Of a stretch of DNA of 64,000 bases, positions 36,912-46,236 are shown one piece after another. Source of the DNA: an uncultured bacterium. Lineage in GTDB: Bacteria > Babelota > Babeliae > Babelales > Babelaceae. The position numbers and the translations under genes were made by a program. The notes below the pieces were generated by a model. That model searched no databases. It saw only the letters and a list, made by a program, of their open reading frames with translations, and was not told the DNA's origin. How positions within the stretch are numbered: position 1 is the first letter of the stretch; every line of letters begins with the position of its first letter. The stretch covers positions 544,001 through 608,000 of the forward strand of contig OY970332.1 of the NCBI GenBank assembly GCA_963717435.1, written 5' to 3'.

Positions 36912-37259
36912 ATGTTGTACGGAATTTTATTAGGTTTTTATGTTTTCGCGTGTCTGATTCTGGCACTTCTTGTCATGATTCAAAAAAGCAAAAGCAGCTT
37001 AGGACTAGGTAATATCGGTGGTGCCACGCAAACGTTATTTGGGGGATCTGGCGGACAAGATTTGTTTCAAAAGATCACTTGGGCGCTTGGAGCGGTATTT
37101 ATGTTGGGCGCTTTGGTGCTTGGCTATATGAAATCAAATCAGGTTTCAGAATCTAAATATATAGCAAATATTAAGCCTATAGTTGCTCAAGAGGCGCCAG
37201 TGGTTCCTGGAGATCTGGACACAGAAAGCTTGCCAGCAGAACAGTCCCAAGCAGAATAA
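36912..37259 (+). CDS. secG: Preprotein translocase subunit SecG
   Basis: LVMIQKSK...LFGGSGGQDLFQKIT; follows tpiA. Confidence 0.93.
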   Translation: MLYGILLGFYVFACLILALLVMIQKSKSSLGLGNIGGATQTLFGGSGGQDLFQKITWALGAVFMLGALVLGYMKSNQVSESKYIANIKPIVAQEAPVVPGDLDTESLPAEQSQAE

Positions 37260-37268
37260 TTTGGGTTT

Positions 37269-38060
37269 ATGATTTTAAAATTTATAGATAAATTAGGCAA
37301 AGTTGCCCTGAGTTTTATGACGACTTTGGGCGACTTTGTTATTTTTTTGTTTATTTCTCTCAAGACTATGTTCTCAACTCCATTAAAAGTTAAGCAGCTT
37401 TTTATCCAGATGGAAAGCATAGGGGTTGGTGGATTTCCGATTGTTGTTTTGACAGGATTTGGAACAGGACTTGTTTTGGCTCTTCAGACTTATATTGGGT
37501 TCAAAAAATTTGGCACCGAAGATCTTATTGGTGTAGTTGTTTCTATGGGGATGGCAAGAGAATTGGGGCCCATATTAACAGGTCTTATGGTAACAGGAAG
37601 ATCCGGCTCTGCGATGTCTGCTGAGCTTGGAACCATGAGAATCACTGAACAAGTTGACGCATTAAAAACTCTTTGCATAGACCCTTATCAATATTTAATT
37701 GTTCCCCGACTTCTTGCAAGTACAATTATTTTGCCCTTTTTGACTATGTTCTCTGTGGTATTTGGAATTCTTGGCGGATATATTTACTGCGTCTATCAAC
37801 TTGATATTAATCCTGAAGATTATATGTCCGGGATCAGGCAATATCTTGAAATGGCTGATATTATTAACGGCTTAATAAAATCCTGTGTTTTTGGATTAAT
37901 ACTTTCTTGGGTTGGGACATATTGTGGATATAAAACAACAAAAGGCGGAGCAAGAGCCGTGGGGATTTCTACAACCCAGAGTGTTGTTGTCGGATCGGTT
38001 TTGATATTAATAGCAGATTACTTTTTGAGCGCAATTTTATTTAACACCGGTGTTTCATGA
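37269..38060 (+). CDS. mlaE: MlaE lipid ABC transporter permease
   Basis: RELGPILTGL, AELGTMRITEQVDAL, VG.STT.SVV. Confidence 0.95.
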   Translation: MILKFIDKLGKVALSFMTTLGDFVIFLFISLKTMFSTPLKVKQLFIQMESIGVGGFPIVVLTGFGTGLVLALQTYIGFKKFGTEDLIGVVVSMGMARELGPILTGLMVTGRSGSAMSAELGTMRITEQVDALKTLCIDPYQYLIVPRLLASTIILPFLTMFSVVFGILGGYIYCVYQLDINPEDYMSGIRQYLEMADIINGLIKSCVFGLILSWVGTYCGYKTTKGGARAVGISTTQSVVVGSVLILIADYFLSAILFNTGVS

Positions 38061-38824
38061 TAGAGCTGATTAATCTAAAAAAAAGATTTGATGATCGTTG
38101 GGTCACCAACGGCATAAATTTAACTATTCCTGAAGGCAAGATCACTTGTATTATTGGCGGTTCTGGTGAAGGCAAATCTGTATTATTAAAACAGATTATA
38201 GGCATTATAAAGCCAACTTCAGGTTCTATTATTATTGACGGTGTTGATATAACAAAAATAAAAGACAAGCAGTTAGCGGATATATTTCGTAAGTGCGGGT
38301 ATGTGTTTCAGTTTGCTGCACTTTTAGATTCTCTTACAGTATTTGAAAATGTGGGGTTAACTTTATTGGAGCATGGCGTCTCTAAAGAAGATGCTTTACC
38401 AATAGTTAAAGAAAAATTGGCGCTTGTAAATTTGAGTGAAAATATATTACACAAATATCCATCTGAGCTTTCAGGCGGAATGCGCAAAAGAGTTGGTTTT
38501 GCAAGAACTTTGGTAACAAATCCATCTATAATTTTGTATGATGAGCCAACAACGGGATTAGATCCAATAACCTCAAGAATTGTTCATGAACTTATGTATG
38601 ATATGCAACAAAAATTAAATGTTACGTCCGTTGTTATATCCCATGACGTGGAAATTTTTAAATATGTGGATTATATTGCTCTTTTACATAAAGGTGAAAT
38701 TAAATTTTTTGGTGAAGCTGATAAAATTTGGGAATCGACAAATCCATATATATATCAATTTATAAGAGGGCTGGCTGACGGCCCGATCGAAACAGAATTA
38801 GCATATAAAAATAAACTAATCTAA
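38057..38824 (+). CDS. mlaF: MlaF lipid ABC transporter ATP-binding protein
   Basis: GGSGEGKS, LSGGMRKRV, YDEPTTGLDP. Confidence 0.93.
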   Translation: MIELINLKKRFDDRWVTNGINLTIPEGKITCIIGGSGEGKSVLLKQIIGIIKPTSGSIIIDGVDITKIKDKQLADIFRKCGYVFQFAALLDSLTVFENVGLTLLEHGVSKEDALPIVKEKLALVNLSENILHKYPSELSGGMRKRVGFARTLVTNPSIILYDEPTTGLDPITSRIVHELMYDMQQKLNVTSVVISHDVEIFKYVDYIALLHKGEIKFFGEADKIWESTNPYIYQFIRGLADGPIETELAYKNKLI

Positions 38825-38838
38825 AAGGGGTAATTCTT

Positions 38839-39816
38839 ATGTTAGAAACAATAGATCAAGAAAAGTTACAGAAAATCAGCACAGATTTTCAAAAGTTAAC
38901 TGAGGAAGTTGGCAAAATTATTGTTGGCCAATCTGAGATAACAAATTTTATTTTGCTAGGTATCTTGTGCAACGGGCATATTCTGCTTGAGGGCGTTCCT
39001 GGTGTTGCAAAGACCACTATGATAAAAGCTATCACCAAAGCTTTGGGTTTAGAGTTTAAGCGAATACAGTTTACTCCAGACTTACTTCCGGCTGATTTGA
39101 TTGGCACATTAATTTATAATCCCAAGATCCAAGATTTTGAAACAAAAAAAGGGCCAATATTTGCAAACTTAATTTTGGCTGACGAAATTAATAGAGCGCC
39201 AGCTAAAGTGCAAGCAGCTCTATTGGAAGCAATGCAGGAACATCAAGTTACTATTGGTTCAGAAACTCACAAGCTTGATGAGCCGTTTATAGTTTTTGCG
39301 ACACAGAATCCGTTAGAGCAAGAGGGTACTTATAGATTGCCTGAGGCTCAAGTTGATAGGTTTATGTTTAAGCTGATTGTCGATTATCCATCACGATCTC
39401 AAGAAAAAGAGATAGTTTTAAAAACTCTTGATTTAAACAGAATAGATCAAGTTATTAATAAAAAAGAGATATTTAACGCCCAAAAACTTGTTGATGAAAT
39501 TTATATCGACGACAAAGTTGTAAATTATATAGTCGATATAGTTTTTGCAACAAGATCGCCAGAATCTTTTGGTCTTTCAAAATTAAAAAACTATATTAAA
39601 TACGGTGTTTCTCCACGAGCAACACTTGCTATTTTTCACGCAGCCAAAGCACAAGCATTTTTGAAAAAGCGTAGCTTTGTTATTCCTGATGATGTAAAAT
39701 TTGTTTGTCAGCCAATCTTGCGACATAGATTAATTTTGACTTATGAAGCAGAAGCTGAAAACATTTTGCCTGATACAATAATTTCGCAAATAATTTCAAA
39801 AATACCGTGTCCATAA
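38839..39816 (+). CDS. MoxR family AAA+ ATPase
   Basis: EGVPGVAKT, RIQFTPDLLP, DEINRA, ATQNP, LPEAQ.DRF. Confidence 0.95.
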   Translation: MLETIDQEKLQKISTDFQKLTEEVGKIIVGQSEITNFILLGILCNGHILLEGVPGVAKTTMIKAITKALGLEFKRIQFTPDLLPADLIGTLIYNPKIQDFETKKGPIFANLILADEINRAPAKVQAALLEAMQEHQVTIGSETHKLDEPFIVFATQNPLEQEGTYRLPEAQVDRFMFKLIVDYPSRSQEKEIVLKTLDLNRIDQVINKKEIFNAQKLVDEIYIDDKVVNYIVDIVFATRSPESFGLSKLKNYIKYGVSPRATLAIFHAAKAQAFLKKRSFVIPDDVKFVCQPILRHRLILTYEAEAENILPDTIISQIISKIPCP

Positions 39817-39841
39817 AATCTTTAATTTGAGGGTTTATAAC

Positions 39842-40312
39842 GTGATTAAATATAGTAGATTGTTTTTAGTAATTATTCTTTTTATCTTATCGGTCGCACC
39901 AGTCTACGCCCATTCGGATACCACATCAAACACAGCCAATTCGGATATTAAGATAGTCTATGTTTTGGATGAAGATAGCTGTGAGGATAGTTATGAGGGG
40001 ATGGCGCGCATGAGGGGTGGTGCTGGGGATGAGGATAGTGATGATGATATTTATAATGAGTATATGAATCGCAATCGCGGTCTAGAAGAGAGTGAGCCTC
40101 AAGATAAATTTCCCAGTAAGAACGATCAGAAGAGAAATCCCCGTGACATAGTTTTGTCACTGATTCAATCCCCTTTGGATCCTAAAAAATTCGAGTCAAA
40201 AAAATTAAAATCTCTGACACATGTTTTTAAAAATTTAAAAACTAAAATAAAAAATGTTTTTAAAATATCTAGGGCTAGAAATTACGAATTTAGTGACCAA
40301 GTAATAAATTAA
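39842..40312 (+). CDS. Secreted hypothetical protein (array gene 1)
   Basis: GTG start: MIKYSRLFLVIILFILSVAPVYA signal peptide; acidic, low-complexity body. Confidence 0.65.
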   Translation: MIKYSRLFLVIILFILSVAPVYAHSDTTSNTANSDIKIVYVLDEDSCEDSYEGMARMRGGAGDEDSDDDIYNEYMNRNRGLEESEPQDKFPSKNDQKRNPRDIVLSLIQSPLDPKKFESKKLKSLTHVFKNLKTKIKNVFKISRARNYEFSDQVIN

Positions 40313-40330
40313 AATTTAATTTGGGAGTTT
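40301..40330 (+). repeat. 30-bp direct repeat, copy 1
   Basis: GTAATAAATTAAAATTTAATTTGGGAGTTT, identical to 40706-40735. Confidence 0.9.
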
Positions 40331-40334
40331 ATAT

Positions 40335-40691
40335 ATGAAAAAGTTTTTATTTTCTCTATTATCGCATCTTTCACTTATGGTCTGTATTGATATAATATCT
40401 TTTCCAATTGAAGATAGATCTGAGACTGAAAGACGTAAAGTTACTACGAATATTGAGGTTCTTAAAGCAATACAATCGTTGAAATGTGAAAATAATAAAA
40501 AAAATCAGGTTAACCCTGCCCGGGTAGGTATTAAAGATGAAGTGACGGATAATGATTGCGTAATCTGTTATGAAAAAATTAACAAATTTCCAAAAAAATT
40601 ATCTTGTAGTCATAATCAATTTCATGCACAATGTTTTGCTAAGTGGTTGGAAGAGCAGGCGACTTGTCCTCTCTGTAGACATGAGTTATAA
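40335..40691 (+). CDS. Secreted RING-H2 zinc-finger protein (E3 ligase-like)
   Basis: CVIC...CSHNQFHAQC...W...CPLCR with N-terminal signal-like segment. Confidence 0.9.
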   Translation: MKKFLFSLLSHLSLMVCIDIISFPIEDRSETERRKVTTNIEVLKAIQSLKCENNKKNQVNPARVGIKDEVTDNDCVICYEKINKFPKKLSCSHNQFHAQCFAKWLEEQATCPLCRHEL

Positions 40692-40705
40692 GAAAGTTAT
40701 ACCTG

Positions 40706-40735
40706 GTAATAAATTAAAATTTAATTTGGGAGTTT
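40706..40735 (+). repeat. 30-bp direct repeat, copy 2
   Basis: Identical to 40301-40330. Confidence 0.9.
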
Positions 40736-40740
40736 GGACT

Positions 40741-41187
40741 ATGCTTAAATATAGTAGATTATTTTTAGTGATATTAATCTTTGGTGCATATAAAAATTCA
40801 CTATGTACCAAAAAGAAGAAAGAAAATTGGCACAATCTTTTGGTTGAAGACAAACCCACAACTCCTGCGGCAAAAGTTTGCTATTACCTTGAAAAAATGA
40901 ATATTAATTACGAAGGTGAAGAGAAAAAGTTTTTGATCGATCTTGATGATCTTTCTGCTGAAAGCATACTTGTCTTGCTATCCAATCCGCAGAATTCTGC
41001 GTTGAAAAACCGTCTTGAAGATATCTATCTAAATAAGTGCTCCAAAATTGACAGGATCAAATATAAGTTGTTTGGTACCCCCGAATACGAAGATAATACT
41101 GGGCTGATTATGGCAATGGTGCTTAAAAAAAAGCCCCAAAAAAGTGTCCCTGGATTTTTTGAACGATGGGCGGATAAGCATAATTAA
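40741..41187 (+). CDS. Secreted hypothetical protein (array gene 3)
   Basis: SD GGGAG; MLKYSRLFLVILIF, nearly identical to the N-terminus of the 39842 gene. Confidence 0.7.
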   Translation: MLKYSRLFLVILIFGAYKNSLCTKKKKENWHNLLVEDKPTTPAAKVCYYLEKMNINYEGEEKKFLIDLDDLSAESILVLLSNPQNSALKNRLEDIYLNKCSKIDRIKYKLFGTPEYEDNTGLIMAMVLKKKPQKSVPGFFERWADKHN

Positions 41188-41300
41188 AAGAATAGTTTTT
41201 TGTAAAATTATTTCTGTTATAATTATTAGTAATAAATGCGGGAGTTAAAGCAATTTGTATAAAAAAATTATATGTGTTTTGACTTGCAAAGGGTTTTGTT

Positions 41301-42305
41301 GTGAATAATGATGTCAAAAAAAATTTCACTAAACTGTTTTTTATAGCAGTTATGAGTTTTGCTTTTCAGAATAATATTAGTTGCATGACCGGAAGTGGTC
41401 AGCAAAATAATGTGCCGAATAAAAATGTTTTGCCCGACTATATAAATAGCATGTATCTGGATATCGGTATTTCACAGGAAAAGATAAATAGACTTACGCC
41501 TGAACAAGCCGATTTACTTACCAAGTTTCTTTATTTATCAAATGCCGTTAGCATGGAAAATTTAATACTGATCAGTAATAGTTTTGTGGACTTTTACAAA
41601 GCATGTTATTTATGTCATGCAGATATCGCACCATATATAAACAAAATTATTTTAATTATAATTGGTAAAAAAAATGTGATAGCTAATTGGAATATTTCGG
41701 AGCAAGAAAAACAATTAAAGTTAAACGATTTGTACAATATTTATAATTTCTTTGGTCAATACGGCGCAAAAATTGATAACCTCTCGTGTCATATGATAAG
41801 AGGATATTTTAGTATCCCAAGTTTAAACCAGCTTATTAATAACTCAGAGCTGAATATTTGCGCAGATAAGCTGATAGAGGATTATAGAAAGTTTGGTATG
41901 GCAACACACGATAATACAGGCTTTTTGCCATCTTATTTTCCCTTGGCATATTCCAAAAAAGATATAGGTTTTTGCAAGCAACTGTTGATTAAAATTTTTA
42001 CTAAGCTTTCATATTATCATCCTGAATATTTAAAAAAATTGGGACCAGTTGTTGCATCAAGGGAAAATTTATTGATTATGCCCGACAAAGATAAAGTTTT
42101 GATAGAATTGTTTGAGTTTTTGTCTTATCAGCTTGATATATTCAAGCGCCCAGAAAATATGCAATCTATTTTTGATGAAAACGGGCTTATTAATAAAAAC
42201 TTTGATATTTCGAAGTTTTTTGTCTTACAAGAAAGTCAACCAGACTCGCAAGCCGAGACGCAACCTCTCGAATGGGATAATTTTATTTTTTATAAAAACC
42301 AATAA
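41301..42305 (+). CDS. Secreted hypothetical protein
   Basis: Signal-like N-terminus ending ISC-M; 334 aa open frame. Confidence 0.7.
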   Translation: MNNDVKKNFTKLFFIAVMSFAFQNNISCMTGSGQQNNVPNKNVLPDYINSMYLDIGISQEKINRLTPEQADLLTKFLYLSNAVSMENLILISNSFVDFYKACYLCHADIAPYINKIILIIIGKKNVIANWNISEQEKQLKLNDLYNIYNFFGQYGAKIDNLSCHMIRGYFSIPSLNQLINNSELNICADKLIEDYRKFGMATHDNTGFLPSYFPLAYSKKDIGFCKQLLIKIFTKLSYYHPEYLKKLGPVVASRENLLIMPDKDKVLIELFEFLSYQLDIFKRPENMQSIFDENGLINKNFDISKFFVLQESQPDSQAETQPLEWDNFIFYKNQ

Positions 42306-42444
42306 ATTTTTATGTTTCAAAACTTTGTGCTAAAATTTATTAGCGTTTAATTTATTTTAATTATCAACTTTTTTTTCCAAACTTGACAAAAAAGCTATGT
42401 CAGGTGAGTATAGCTTGGTGATTAATTTGGAAAAAGGAATGCTG

Positions 42445-43644
42445 ATGCAAAGCCCGGTATGGATACTAAATAGTTCGCTTGCGATAATTTTTATACTTAA
42501 CGTTGGATTTATATTTCTTTCTCGCATTTCTGTGCCCAAAAGATTTAAAGTTGAGTCTGCAATTGTTGTTAAGTCAGTAAAAAGAGAAGCTTCTAAGGTT
42601 GACTGCACAAGAATTGGGACAGAAGACTTGTTCAACACTTACGTTAAGTCCCAAGCAATAAAAGAAGAAGTAAAAAATTTAGTTCCACAAATTCCACAAC
42701 CACCAACTCCAAAACCTATGCCTCAGCTTGAAGAGATTAAGCCTCAATTTTTGGAGCCACTACCATTGAAGTTAAAAGGTATATTGGTTTCCGCCTCTGA
42801 TACAATAGCCCAAGCGATTATCGCAAATACTAAGACATTTAAAGAAGAGCTGTTTTCTAGCGGCGACAAGATTGAAGATGCATATATTTTGAGAATATTG
42901 CCGAATAAAGTTATTCTGATCAGATCAAACGGACAACAAGAAACCTTATATATAACCCAGGCTGATGCTCAGTCAGAAATTACGGTACTAAAAGGGACAT
43001 CTTGGGGATCTGTTGTCAACCCAATATCAGACTATGAATATATTGTTGATCCTGAAAGTTTCTTAAGTCAAATTACAAATCTTGCCCAATTTATAGACGC
43101 GGTTGATCTTGCGACTGTTTTCAGAAAAGGTCAAAGCTTGGGCTGTAGAGTTGGAAGATTAAGTTCCGGTTCTATAGGAGAAGTTCTCGGGTTAAGATCT
43201 GGCGATATAATAACAAAAATAAATGGGATCGAGCCGAAAGATACCAACAGTAGAATAGAAGCTTATAATAATATTAAGTCTTTAAGAGTTGGCGATAAAA
43301 TTAAAGTTGAACTTTTGAGAGACAAGAGAAAAATAAATATTGTTTATTACTTGCAAATTATCGAACCGGGGCCAAAAATTGAGATAGAGCGTCCTGTTAC
43401 TAATGCTAATGCTGGTGCGCAGCCAGCTGCTAACAAAGCTGATATGACAGAAAATATTGAATCAGTTGAAAATACGGCACCTGATATTTTACCTGAAGAA
43501 CAAAAAGAACATATAGAAGAGCAACAGATGGCTTTTAAAAAAATATCAAGAGATATGCAGCGACGTGATAAGCAGGCTATGTTGAATAGTGCTAAGTACC
43601 AAAGGCCAGGAAAAGGCGCTTTGTTGAGACATGTGCAAAGTTAA
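42445..43644 (+). CDS. gspC: Type II secretion protein GspC-like with PDZ domain
   Basis: N-terminal TM; LKLKGI...AII...GDKI...VILIR.NGQQETL HR domain; GLRSGDIITKING PDZ. Confidence 0.85.
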   Translation: MQSPVWILNSSLAIIFILNVGFIFLSRISVPKRFKVESAIVVKSVKREASKVDCTRIGTEDLFNTYVKSQAIKEEVKNLVPQIPQPPTPKPMPQLEEIKPQFLEPLPLKLKGILVSASDTIAQAIIANTKTFKEELFSSGDKIEDAYILRILPNKVILIRSNGQQETLYITQADAQSEITVLKGTSWGSVVNPISDYEYIVDPESFLSQITNLAQFIDAVDLATVFRKGQSLGCRVGRLSSGSIGEVLGLRSGDIITKINGIEPKDTNSRIEAYNNIKSLRVGDKIKVELLRDKRKINIVYYLQIIEPGPKIEIERPVTNANAGAQPAANKADMTENIESVENTAPDILPEEQKEHIEEQQMAFKKISRDMQRRDKQAMLNSAKYQRPGKGALLRHVQS

Positions 43645-43671
43645 AATAATATAATTAAAGTAAATTAAAAT

Positions 43672-46236
43672 ATGAGAATAAAAAATTATTTGATACTTTT
43701 AAGTCTGATAACTCTGATAATACAAAGTCAGTGTTTTTCTGAAAATATTCCCGATGTAATTGATCCGGCTAAAGATCAAAACTTAAATGTAAATGATATG
43801 TCTAAGCTGGATAGAGAGCTTATCAGTAATAAGTCTAGTAACCCATCTCAGGAAGAATTTGACCAGCCTGATCAAGATGAGCCATTGGAGCAGGAGCCTA
43901 TTATTGCCCAGGAGATAGAAGGGGATAAAAAACAGGCAGAAAAGAAACCAAAAAAAGAAGAACACAAAGAAAAAAAATTAAGTACGACATATATGACTGA
44001 GTACTTAAGACCGTGGAAAACTGGTGAAGAAAATGATCTTTTGACCATACATTTTGTGGATGCAGATTTAACAAACTTTGTGAAATTTATCGAACAAAAA
44101 TATGACGTTAAATTTTTAATGGACGATGATATTCAGCCAACACCGCAGGGCGGAAAAAATGTTTTAGGAAATAAGATATCATTTAAATCCAATGTTCCAA
44201 TGACCAGAAAACAAGTTTGGGATCTATTTTTAACCTTATTGGATCTTTCTGGTTTGGCTGTTGTACCCGGGCCATCGACAAAAATTTTGAGAATTACCAC
44301 ATCAGATCCAAAATCTCCACTTTCATCTAATAAGGGCCCATTGCCTACTTTTATCGGCACAGATCCAGATTTGTTACCTGATAATGATGCAAGAATTAGA
44401 TATATATATTTTGTTGAAAATACAAGCGTTGCGATAATTAAGAGCGTTATGGATGCTATGCGCAGCGCATCTTCTTCAAGTGTTATAGATTTTCCTGAAC
44501 TTCGGGCGATCATTTTAACTGACAAAGCCTCAACTATTAAATCTTTAATGAAGATTGTCGTTGAGCTTGATAGAGTTAACATGCCCGAAATGATTTCTGT
44601 AATAAAATTAAAAAACGCTGACGCTGATAAAATTGCCGCTTTGTATAAAGCGCTTACAGAAGATGGTTCACAACCATCATCACCATTTGGTCCAAGATTT
44701 GCAACAGCAAGAAGGGCTTCATCTACTACATATTTCCCTGAAGGGACAAGAATAATACCGTATATTGAAAAAAATAAAATTGTTATTTTGGGAACAAAAG
44801 CGGCTATAGAGAAGATTGAAAACTTTATAAAATCTTTTGACCAAGAAATTACGGCGCCATATTCTCCACTTAATATTATTCAACTTAAGTTTATTGATGC
44901 TACAACAACTGCACAAATAATTACCGATGCTACAAAGTTCCAGCAGACAACAGCTGCCGGTATGACCGGTGGTGTGCGTGGCGGTGAAAAATATTTCAAG
45001 CCCGTAACTATAACACCAGAAGCGACAAGTAATAGTTTGATTATTAATGCTGATTATGAAGATTATAAAAAAATACAAGAACTTGTTAATAAGCTTGATA
45101 GAGAGCAGCCACAAGTTGCGATAAAAGTATTGATTTTGGACGTTGATATTACCGACAACAAATATTTTGGAACTCAGCTTAGAAATAAAATTCCTGGGGT
45201 TGCGCCATTTATTGGAAAAAATACTAATTTCCAAAACACTGGTATTACAGGAGTTGTTCAAAATCCCAATGGAACAGGTGCGACAAGATTGCTAGGAGAT
45301 TTGATTAACGTTGTATCAGGAGCTGCCGCGGGTACCACTTTTGTGTCGTTGGGTAACGATATCTATGGTGTCTGGGGGATGTTGCAAATGCTCCAAAATT
45401 TTACAAAGGTTAGTTTGGTAGCCGACCCTTTCTTAGTTGCCACGCACAAGCATCAGGCAAGAATAGCAATTGGGCAAACACGACGTGTTTTGGCTGCGCA
45501 GGTTGTTGGTGGTTCTTCTACTACGGCAGATTCTATTATGGACTTGCCTGCTAATCTTGAGGTTAAACTGACGCCATTAATAAATTATGACGGTACAGTT
45601 TATCTTGATGTTAACGTTACATTACAGCAGTTCACAAGTACGGATCCGACAAGTGGTGATAGAACAGAAAAAACTGTTGCTACTTCTGCGCTGGTTGCAG
45701 ATAGAGAAGTGCTTGCGCTTGGTGGTCTTGTCAGAACTCAGACGACCGCAACACAGTCAAAATTTCCGCTATTGGGAGATATTCCGTTTATAGGTTGGTT
45801 GTTTAAGAATAAGAACAAAGTTGCCACAAAAAGTAGTATTTTGATTCTGATTTCGCCTGAGTTGATAATGCCAGATGATGCTGACGCAGTCGAAGACTTT
45901 ACTGCAAGAAAAATGAACGTAACAAGAGATCTATTAAAGAGTATGCGTCGTAAATATGAACAACGTGATCCGGTTTATAGATGGGTATTTGATGATAAAC
46001 AAAAAGAGCAAAAAGACAAAGAATTGGTAGCTATAGATAAATTTGCAAATGATAAGACAAGATATCTTGATGATAGATTCTTTGAAACAACGCAAGCAAC
46101 GAAAGCGACTTTGGCTATAGCAGAAAATGCTGAAAAAGCTGAAAATGTTCCAGGAGCGAAAAGTAAGCCCAAAAAGAGTTTAGTGGATTATCTGGATCTT
46201 AAGGATGACAAAATTTATGGGGCTCTAAATGATTAA
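43672..46236 (+). CDS. gspD: Type II secretion secretin GspD, copy 1
   Basis: N0/N domains, LDREQPQVAI, LALGGL, KFPLLGDIPFIGWLFK, ISPEL. Confidence 0.9.
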   Translation: MRIKNYLILLSLITLIIQSQCFSENIPDVIDPAKDQNLNVNDMSKLDRELISNKSSNPSQEEFDQPDQDEPLEQEPIIAQEIEGDKKQAEKKPKKEEHKEKKLSTTYMTEYLRPWKTGEENDLLTIHFVDADLTNFVKFIEQKYDVKFLMDDDIQPTPQGGKNVLGNKISFKSNVPMTRKQVWDLFLTLLDLSGLAVVPGPSTKILRITTSDPKSPLSSNKGPLPTFIGTDPDLLPDNDARIRYIYFVENTSVAIIKSVMDAMRSASSSSVIDFPELRAIILTDKASTIKSLMKIVVELDRVNMPEMISVIKLKNADADKIAALYKALTEDGSQPSSPFGPRFATARRASSTTYFPEGTRIIPYIEKNKIVILGTKAAIEKIENFIKSFDQEITAPYSPLNIIQLKFIDATTTAQIITDATKFQQTTAAGMTGGVRGGEKYFKPVTITPEATSNSLIINADYEDYKKIQELVNKLDREQPQVAIKVLILDVDITDNKYFGTQLRNKIPGVAPFIGKNTNFQNTGITGVVQNPNGTGATRLLGDLINVVSGAAAGTTFVSLGNDIYGVWGMLQMLQNFTKVSLVADPFLVATHKHQARIAIGQTRRVLAAQVVGGSSTTADSIMDLPANLEVKLTPLINYDGTVYLDVNVTLQQFTSTDPTSGDRTEKTVATSALVADREVLALGGLVRTQTTATQSKFPLLGDIPFIGWLFKNKNKVATKSSILILISPELIMPDDADAVEDFTARKMNVTRDLLKSMRRKYEQRDPVYRWVFDDKQKEQKDKELVAIDKFANDKTRYLDDRFFETTQATKATLAIAENAEKAENVPGAKSKPKKSLVDYLDLKDDKIYGALND

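Noticed and set aside
37269-39816. Novel Mla-MoxR functional module
   Set aside because: Adjacent unrelated housekeeping genes are common in compact genomes; no vWA partner or MlaD is present here to support a link.
40301-40735. CRISPR array or integron attC sites
   Set aside because: There are only two perfect copies 405 bp apart, enclosing a whole gene. No cas or intI gene is present, and no RYYYAAC/GTTRRRY attC boxes.
40570-40740. 57-aa N-terminal extension of the 40570-41187 ORF
   Set aside because: It overlaps the RING gene; the SD and signal peptide point to ATG 40741.
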